Source: Planktothrix tepida
Lineage (GTDB): Bacteria > Cyanobacteriota > Cyanobacteriia > Cyanobacteriales > Microcoleaceae
DNA length: 64,000 bases
Strand: one strand, 5' to 3'
Assembly (NCBI RefSeq): GCF_904830955.1
Contig: NZ_LR882970.1
In this document: positions 57,757 to 64,000 of the stretch, piece after piece
How the letters are laid out: every line of letters starts with the position of its first letter
How positions within the stretch are numbered: the first letter of the stretch is position 1
The notes under the pieces: model-generated
Seen by the model: the letters and a program-made list of their open reading frames with translations, nothing else
What the model was told of the DNA's origin: nothing
The model's database searches: none
Translations under genes and position numbers: made by a program

Positions 57757-59901
57757 ATGACTCAAACTCCTTCGGTGAAAACTCAACAGATGCAGGTCGG
57801 TGGTATGGATTGCGGTAGCTGTGCAGCCAAGATCGAGGCAGGTGTACAGAAAATACCGGGTGTGGCACATATATCTGTGAGTGTGGCGACGGAACGTTTA
57901 AGTGTGACCTATGACCCAAAGCAGGTGAGTGAACAGGAAATCCGTGATCGCGTCATCTCTCTAGGCTTCACCATCATCAGCCCAGAGGCTCATGACCATA
58001 ACCATAACCATGACCATGACCACAGCCATCATCACGGCTCAGGGGAGTTTAACCTGAAACAAGAACTGATTCCCGTGCTCGGAGTAGTTGTCCTGCTTGT
58101 GCTAGGAATAGTCTTTGAACAGCCACTTCACCATACACCCTACAGCATTGCTGAGTATGCCGTGTTCATTCCCGCTTATTTGATCAGTGGCTCAACAGTA
58201 TTAAAAGCGGCGGGACGGAACATTCTCCGGGGACAGGTGTTTGATGAGAACTTTTTGATGACCATTGCGACGGTCGGGGCGATCGCCATTCATCAACTTC
58301 CTGAAGCCGTCGCCGTTATGCTGTTTTTCCGCATCGGAGAATTGTTTCAAGAATACGCAGTGGGTCGTTCTCGTCGTTCTATCAAATCTGTGCTGGAAGT
58401 TCGCCCCGACACGGCTAATCTGAAACTCAATGGCACTCTCAAAGCAGTCTCCCCAGAAATTGTTAATGTGGGGGATATTATTATTGTCAAACCTGGAGAA
58501 AAGATTCCCTTAGATGGTGAAATTCTCGAAGGCTATTCTCAAATCGATACTTCAGCATTAACCGGAGAATCCGTTCCCCGGACAGTGAAGGTCGGAGAAG
58601 TCGTTCTTGCAGGAATGATTAATCAAACGGGTGTGCTGACTGTACAAGTCACCAAACCCTTTGGGGAATCTTCCATTGCTAAAATTCTCGATTTAGTTGA
58701 AAACGCGACTAGCAAAAAAGCAGAAACTGAGAAATTTATTACCCAATTTGCTCGTTATTACACCCCCGTTGTCGTTGTTCTGTCCCTAGCTGTAGCCCTT
58801 CTACCGCCACTCTTCATTCCCAGTGCAACTCACACGGAATGGGTTTACCGCGCCCTAATTCTGCTGGTAATTTCCTGCCCCTGCGGACTCGTTATTAGTA
58901 TTCCTTTGGGTTACTTTGGTGGTATTGGAGGCGCTGCTAAACGAGGAATTTTAGTTAAAGGTTCGATATTTCTGGATATTCTAACAGCAGTTAAAACCGT
59001 TGTTTTTGATAAAACTGGAACCTTAACTAAAGGTGTGTTTAAAGTGGCGAAAATTGTAACTCAAAACAATTTTTCCGAATTAGAACTGCTGAAGATAGCG
59101 GCTCAAACTGAATCCCATTCTAGCCACCCAATTGCAGAATCAATTCGAGAAGCTTATGGTCAACCCATTGATGATGCCGATGTCACGAACTATGAAGAAA
59201 TTGCGGGTTATGGCATTCGGGCGACGGTGAACAATCAAGTTGTTCTCGCCGGAAATGATCGGCTTTTGCATCGAGAAAACATTGACCACGATACCTGCAA
59301 TGTTGAGGGTACTGTTGTTCATCTCGCTGTTGAGGGACGCTATGCAGGCTATATTTTAATTGCCGATGAAATTAAGGACGATGCCGTTAAAGCAATTCAA
59401 GACCTTAAAGCTGTTGGTGTTGAACATACAGTGATGCTGACGGGTGACAACGGCATTGTTGCTAAAAGCATTGCAGAGCAGTTGGGTGTAGATTCCTATA
59501 AGGCTGAATTGTTACCCGAAGGAAAAGTAGAGGCAATTGAGGCTTTGCTGAGTCGATCTGGAAACAGCAAAGTTGCGTTTGTCGGGGATGGCATCAACGA
59601 TACGCCTGTGATTGCTAGGGCGGATATCGGTATGGCGATGGGAGGATTGGGATCAGATGCAGCAATTGAAACGGCGGATGTGGTGATTATGACGGATGCT
59701 CCGTCTAAAGTAGCGGAGGCGATTCAAGTTGCTAAAAAGACTCGCCAGATTGTGGTGCAGAATATTGTACTGGCAATGGGAATTAAAGGGTTGTTTATCG
59801 GTTTGGGTGTGATTGGGATAGCAACCTTGTGGGAGGCAGTATTTGCTGATGTGGGAGTGGCACTACTGGCAATCTTTAATGCAACCAGAGTGCTCAAGTA
59901 A
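57757..59901 (+). CDS. heavy-metal translocating P1B-type ATPase (Zn/Cd/Co-type) with N-terminal HMA domain and His-rich stretch
   Basis: GMDCGSCAAKIE metal-binding domain. HDHNHNHDHDHSHHHG run. TM CPC motif (ISCPCGLV). DKTGTLT phosphorylation site. GDGINDTP hinge. Confidence 0.85.
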   Translation: MTQTPSVKTQQMQVGGMDCGSCAAKIEAGVQKIPGVAHISVSVATERLSVTYDPKQVSEQEIRDRVISLGFTIISPEAHDHNHNHDHDHSHHHGSGEFNLKQELIPVLGVVVLLVLGIVFEQPLHHTPYSIAEYAVFIPAYLISGSTVLKAAGRNILRGQVFDENFLMTIATVGAIAIHQLPEAVAVMLFFRIGELFQEYAVGRSRRSIKSVLEVRPDTANLKLNGTLKAVSPEIVNVGDIIIVKPGEKIPLDGEILEGYSQIDTSALTGESVPRTVKVGEVVLAGMINQTGVLTVQVTKPFGESSIAKILDLVENATSKKAETEKFITQFARYYTPVVVVLSLAVALLPPLFIPSATHTEWVYRALILLVISCPCGLVISIPLGYFGGIGGAAKRGILVKGSIFLDILTAVKTVVFDKTGTLTKGVFKVAKIVTQNNFSELELLKIAAQTESHSSHPIAESIREAYGQPIDDADVTNYEEIAGYGIRATVNNQVVLAGNDRLLHRENIDHDTCNVEGTVVHLAVEGRYAGYILIADEIKDDAVKAIQDLKAVGVEHTVMLTGDNGIVAKSIAEQLGVDSYKAELLPEGKVEAIEALLSRSGNSKVAFVGDGINDTPVIARADIGMAMGGLGSDAAIETADVVIMTDAPSKVAEAIQVAKKTRQIVVQNIVLAMGIKGLFIGLGVIGIATLWEAVFADVGVALLAIFNATRVLK

Positions 59902-60125
59902 CAAGGGAAGGGGTAATGGGCAGTTATTAGTTATCTGTTGGGAAATTACGAAATATTGAAGGATTTTATCTGAAAATCTGATTTCGGTTGTTATTTAAAA
60001 CAAACTGAACAATCCATTTGTAAAAACTTGAACATTAGATCTGCCTTATGGATGAGGAATTCCTTTTTTTTCTATGCAAAATTAGAATCTATGAAAATGA
60101 AATTTAGAAGTTTGGAGAACACAAC

Positions 60126-61160
60126 ATGGTAACGACTTTAACGGATGCAAAACGGGAAGCAATTGGTCAAAAACTGGCAACCATGAAATCTGTCCAACAA
60201 CTGTTAATCGAAACAGAACAGATGTTTATTCGGGAGTGTAATGTTCCTGAAATTCGTCAACAATTCCAAGAAATGTTAGATGATGACAACAAAAATATTG
60301 GCATCATTGATACCGTTATTACCCAATATGGCATTCAATCTCAACCGAAAGAACAAGCCACGAAAATGATTGATCTCGCCAAAGAGATGATGAACAAATC
60401 TGACTTAACTTTCTATGAAAAAGTGGCTCAACATGAACTGCTGAAGCATGGACAAGTCATGTCTGGTTTATTGGTTCATAAAGCGGCTCAAGTGGTCGGT
60501 GCTGATGTGGAAGCTGCTATTACACCTTTAAATACAGTTAACTTTGAAAACCGCGCTCATCAAGAAAAACTCAAAGGAATTTTAGAATATTTAGGAACCC
60601 AAGAATTAACGGGTCAAGCTCCTGATCAAAGTATTTGGGGACGAGTTCAAGATGCGATTGCAGCCTTATCTGGGGTGATGGGAAGTGCTGTTACCCAAAG
60701 TTCTGATAAGTCCGATATGAATATTCAAGATGTAATTCGGATGGATCATCAGAAGGCTAAAACGTTAATTGCTGAAATTGAAAATTGCAATGATTCTCAA
60801 AAAATTCAAGAATATTTCGGACAATTATACAAAGATTTAAGTGTCCATTCCGAAGCTGAAGAACAAGTCCTTTATCCTCAAGTTCGTTCTTTCTATGATG
60901 ATACTCAAAATCTGTATAATGAACAAGCTGAGTTGAAAGTGGTTTTAGAAGAACTTAAATCTTTGAGTCCAACGTCCGCACTGTTCAAAGATAAAATTAA
61001 ACAAGTCAAAGATATGGTAAATCACCATACTCGTGAGGAAGAAAATGATGTCTTTGCTGTAATTCGGCGCAATTTCTCAACCAGTGAACAAGAGCAGTTA
61101 GCGACTCAGTTCAAAGAAGCTAAAAAACAACTGCAAACTCAAATGGCTTCTCAAAAATAA
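60126..61160 (+). CDS. hemerythrin HHE cation-binding domain protein with N-terminal helical domain
   Basis: The C-terminal half carries H..K...I.E and HSEAEEQVLYP .. HHTREEENDVF, matching hemerythrin-like H/E ligand spacing. Confidence 0.45.
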   Translation: MVTTLTDAKREAIGQKLATMKSVQQLLIETEQMFIRECNVPEIRQQFQEMLDDDNKNIGIIDTVITQYGIQSQPKEQATKMIDLAKEMMNKSDLTFYEKVAQHELLKHGQVMSGLLVHKAAQVVGADVEAAITPLNTVNFENRAHQEKLKGILEYLGTQELTGQAPDQSIWGRVQDAIAALSGVMGSAVTQSSDKSDMNIQDVIRMDHQKAKTLIAEIENCNDSQKIQEYFGQLYKDLSVHSEAEEQVLYPQVRSFYDDTQNLYNEQAELKVVLEELKSLSPTSALFKDKIKQVKDMVNHHTREEENDVFAVIRRNFSTSEQEQLATQFKEAKKQLQTQMASQK

Positions 61161-61228
61161 ACGCTTAAAATCCCAAGCTATTCAGGATTTTCATCTCATT
61201 TAACTCGCATTTTCACACAATAGGTTCT

Positions 61229-61280
61229 TGTAGAGACGCGCCAAAAGCCTACGGCATGGCTCCGCCCAGGCACGTCTCTA
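61229..61280. repeat. palindromic repeat GTAGAGACGCGCCAAAAGCCTACGGCATGGCTCCGCCCAGGCACGTCTCTAC
   Basis: Near-identical to the palindrome at 49490-49539. Shares GTAGAGACG/CGTCTCTAC arms with 12554-12583 and 15570-15599. Confidence 0.8.
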
Positions 61281-61291
61281 CTTTATGTCTA

Positions 61292-62194
61292 TTAACGCGA
61301 ACCAAAATCACGAGTTCCAGGATATCCTGAAACCTCTGCTAACTTTTCTAAACTTTGGACTCCTGAATACATTTGACCCTTAACTTCCCAGGTCGGATAG
61401 CCTTGAATATTCTTAGATTTACACAAATCAGGCTGAGGATTTTTCCCCCCTTTCTCACATTCAATATAAGGCAATTTTTCCACCGCTTGTTTACCAAATA
61501 ATTCTTTTTGTTCATGACAGTGACCGCACCAAAATGCCCCATACATTTTTGCTCCAGACTGCGTTAAATATTGAGCCAGTTCGATATTTGCCGGGTTAGA
61601 AGTGGTTGTGATATTAAAGGGACTTTTTTCAGCACGAGGGCTATTAATGGGGGAATAAACGGCTAAGGTTCCAATTAATGTGATCATTCCCACAACAACG
61701 GTAATAAAAAAGAGTTGACCTCGATCTTCCCAATCTCGACCTAATAAAGCTAAAACGAATAAACTGATTGAACAAACAGCAGAAGCAATACAATAAATAC
61801 ATAAAGATTTAATGACAAATGCCATTAAATACATGAGATAGCAACTGAAAACCATCATGGCGGACGCTTGAGCAAATATCAACAGCCATGTCCAATCTTC
61901 GGTTTTTGTTCTTAAACTTTTGTGCGTTTCTGGGTTAATTAACCAAGGCGAAACAGCCATCCCAGCCATGATTGTATACGCTAAAAATCCAAACAAAGCT
62001 AGAGGTAAACCAAAGACAACCGCATAGGGACTTTCCAGAACTTTATCACAACCTGTGACGGGACAAGCCGCAGTTCCCCCTGTTAGTTTAACAAAGGTTA
62101 AATAGGCAGTAATTACTGCACCAAAGGCTCCGAGACTAGCAATGATAAATCTGGATTTTTGCTGAATCCAAGGGGTTGAACGTCGGCGAATCAT
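61292..62194 (-). CDS. vitamin K epoxide reductase (VKOR) family protein fused to thioredoxin-like domain
   Basis: Five TM segments with the CPVTGC..CIYC VKOR active-site pattern. The C-terminal domain carries WCGHC. Confidence 0.8.
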   Translation of the reverse strand: MIRRRSTPWIQQKSRFIIASLGAFGAVITAYLTFVKLTGGTAACPVTGCDKVLESPYAVVFGLPLALFGFLAYTIMAGMAVSPWLINPETHKSLRTKTEDWTWLLIFAQASAMMVFSCYLMYLMAFVIKSLCIYCIASAVCSISLFVLALLGRDWEDRGQLFFITVVVGMITLIGTLAVYSPINSPRAEKSPFNITTTSNPANIELAQYLTQSGAKMYGAFWCGHCHEQKELFGKQAVEKLPYIECEKGGKNPQPDLCKSKNIQGYPTWEVKGQMYSGVQSLEKLAEVSGYPGTRDFGSR

Positions 62195-62254
62195 AACACT
62201 ATTCTTGTGGGTTATACTGGAAAAAATTTTATATCCTTTTAGGGATTGTAACCC

Positions 62255-62956
62255 ATGAGAATTTTATTAGTGGAAGATGAGCCCGATTTAGGAGAAGCGA
62301 TTAAACGCATATTAACCCAAAAAGCCTACGTTGTAGATTGGGTTCAGGATGGGATAGAAGCTTGGGATTATTTAGAAAATCAATGGACACAATACACTTT
62401 AGCGATTTTTGATTGGTTATTACCGGGGTTATCGGGAATTGAATTGTGTCAAAAAATTCGACACAAAGGTAGTTTTATTCCGATTTTAATTTTAACAGCA
62501 AAAGATACGGAAGCGGATAAAATTATGGGGTTAGATGCTGGGGCGGATGATTATTTAGTGAAACCTTTTGGTATGGGAGAATTATTAGCTCGTTTACGCG
62601 CTTTACAACGGCGTTCTCCTCAACTTCAACCCCAAAAATTACAATTAAATCATTTTATCTTAGATTATCAATTTTATACATTTTCTGATCACAAAAATCC
62701 TGCTCATCCTTTAACCATTAGTTTAACGAATAAAGAATTTCAACTGTTAGACTATTTTATGCGACATCCGAACCAAATTGTTACTCGTGATCAACTTTTG
62801 GGTCAACTTTGGGAAGTCGGATCTGAACCGGAAAGTAATGTTGTAGCGGCTCAAATTCGCTTACTAAGACGGAAACTTTCAGAAATCGGTTGTGATCATT
62901 TGATTGAAACGGTTTATGGTTTAGGATATCGGTTTTTAATTGATAATGATTCATGA
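62255..62956 (+). CDS. OmpR-family two-component response regulator
   Basis: MRILLVEDEPDLGEAI receiver start with phospho-acceptor D. C-terminal winged helix (YGLGYRF). Confidence 0.85.
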   Translation: MRILLVEDEPDLGEAIKRILTQKAYVVDWVQDGIEAWDYLENQWTQYTLAIFDWLLPGLSGIELCQKIRHKGSFIPILILTAKDTEADKIMGLDAGADDYLVKPFGMGELLARLRALQRRSPQLQPQKLQLNHFILDYQFYTFSDHKNPAHPLTISLTNKEFQLLDYFMRHPNQIVTRDQLLGQLWEVGSEPESNVVAAQIRLLRRKLSEIGCDHLIETVYGLGYRFLIDNDS

Positions 62957-64000
62957 ATCAAAACTCACTGTTTAAACGGACAAAACTACGCTTAACTTGT
63001 TACTATGCTGGGGTGATGGGAGTGATTCTTAGTATTTGCGGTTTAGGAGTTTATGAAGCGATCGCCCATGCTCATTGGATTACCTTAGATCGAGAAATAG
63101 AATCCGTTGCTGGCGCATTACATGATAGTTTAGAAACGGTTTTAAAACAACCCGGACAGTTAGAACCGGATGTTTTAAGAATTATTCCCGATTTATGTTT
63201 TATAGACTCTAAAAAAAGTGATAATATTCAGTTTATTTTTACTTATTATCCCCATAATAAATCCAATAAAAATGATATTTTAACTTATCCAAACTCAGAA
63301 GTTAATTGCTTACCTATTCTTGATGAAAAGGGCAAAGAGTTTCATCGGTTAGCTCCCTATCATAATCATTATTATTTAATTCATTTATTTAATAATTCAG
63401 GGGATTTAGTCGCCTTTACCGGAACCCATCACCTCGATGTATCGCCCCATGTTAGGGGAGAAGTTTGGCAAACCTTTACAGATCAAAAAGGAATTCGCTA
63501 TCGTCAATATTCGTTGATTTTACATACTCGAAATCAGCAAAATTGGGGAATTTTACAATTAGGGCGATCGCTACAAGATTTTGATCAATATATGAATGTT
63601 GTAACCTTAATTTTAGTCATAGGTTTACCTTTAGCGTTAATATTAGTAGGGTTTGCAAGTTTGAAATTAGCTGGAATAGCCATGCAACCTATCTATTCTT
63701 CTTACCAACAAATTCAACAATTTACCGCCGATGCAGCCCACGAATTAAGAACACCTTTAGCCGCTATTTGTGCGACCGTAGAATCCACAATCAAACTCGA
63801 ACCTTTGACCGAAACCGAAGCCAAAGAAACGTTAAAAACCGTAGAACGGCAAAATCATCGATTATCTAAATTAGTTCAAGATCTTTTATTATTATCTCGG
63901 ATGGATCAAGAAAACATATCCCTCTCTAAAAAATTATGCTGTTTAAATGATTTAATCAGTGATGCTCAAGAAGAACTTGCTGCAATGGTATTAAATGCAG
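62953..64000 (+). CDS. sensor histidine kinase (partial, runs off window end)
   Basis: Start overlaps the response-regulator stop (ATGA). Two TM segments flank a periplasmic domain. H-box FTADAAHELRTPLAAI at about 63720. Confidence 0.75.
   Translation, partial: MNQNSLFKRTKLRLTCYYAGVMGVILSICGLGVYEAIAHAHWITLDREIESVAGALHDSLETVLKQPGQLEPDVLRIIPDLCFIDSKKSDNIQFIFTYYPHNKSNKNDILTYPNSEVNCLPILDEKGKEFHRLAPYHNHYYLIHLFNNSGDLVAFTGTHHLDVSPHVRGEVWQTFTDQKGIRYRQYSLILHTRNQQNWGILQLGRSLQDFDQYMNVVTLILVIGLPLALILVGFASLKLAGIAMQPIYSSYQQIQQFTADAAHELRTPLAAICATVESTIKLEPLTETEAKETLKTVERQNHRLSKLVQDLLLLSRMDQENISLSKKLCCLNDLISDAQEELAAMVLNA

Overview
This window looks like a chromosomal segment of a filamentous cyanobacterium, possibly Oscillatoriales-like. 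The evidence: HIP1 (GCGATCGC) sites are frequent, and petC-petA, psaB, ispG and ctpA are present. Coding density is high on both strands, about 55 supportable CDSs. I found no rRNA, tRNA or CRISPR array.

The standout is a full-length major vault protein (MVP) homolog on the minus strand (30686-33304, about 870 aa). Its MVP-repeat N-terminal region, shoulder region and cap-helix C-terminus read almost colinearly with eukaryotic MVP. It carries host-type HIP1 sites, and the gene transcribed divergently from it encodes an uncharacterized coiled-coil/glycine-zipper membrane protein. An orphan ParD-like antitoxin and a solo psaB without psaA lie immediately beyond.

Other notable items:
- A NERD-SF1 helicase-pentapeptide-repeat fusion (18032-20941).
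- A 2108-aa Ser/Thr-kinase-like / AAA_16 (STAND) / GAF / PAS / class III nucleotide cyclase megaprotein, followed by a Gpt-like phosphoribosyltransferase.
- An Mrr-like nuclease domain fused to TPR and WD40 repeats.
- A decayed CHAT-domain gene remnant.
- A metal-homeostasis neighbourhood: Csp-like Cys-rich protein, DUF305, His-rich P1B ATPase, VKOR-Trx, and an OmpR/histidine-kinase pair.
- A family of modular intergenic repeats recurring at eight or more places: (GGGAACA)n tandems, a GTAGAGACG..CGTCTCTAC palindrome, and a GTCCTAAC(C/T)GTAATGCGTA(G/T)TGCTATA module.
- Two unexplained regions with strong Shine-Dalgarno sites (10960-11330, 28240-28530) that may hold small ORFs or structured RNAs.

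All functional calls come from motif-level reading of the translations. None has been confirmed by database search.
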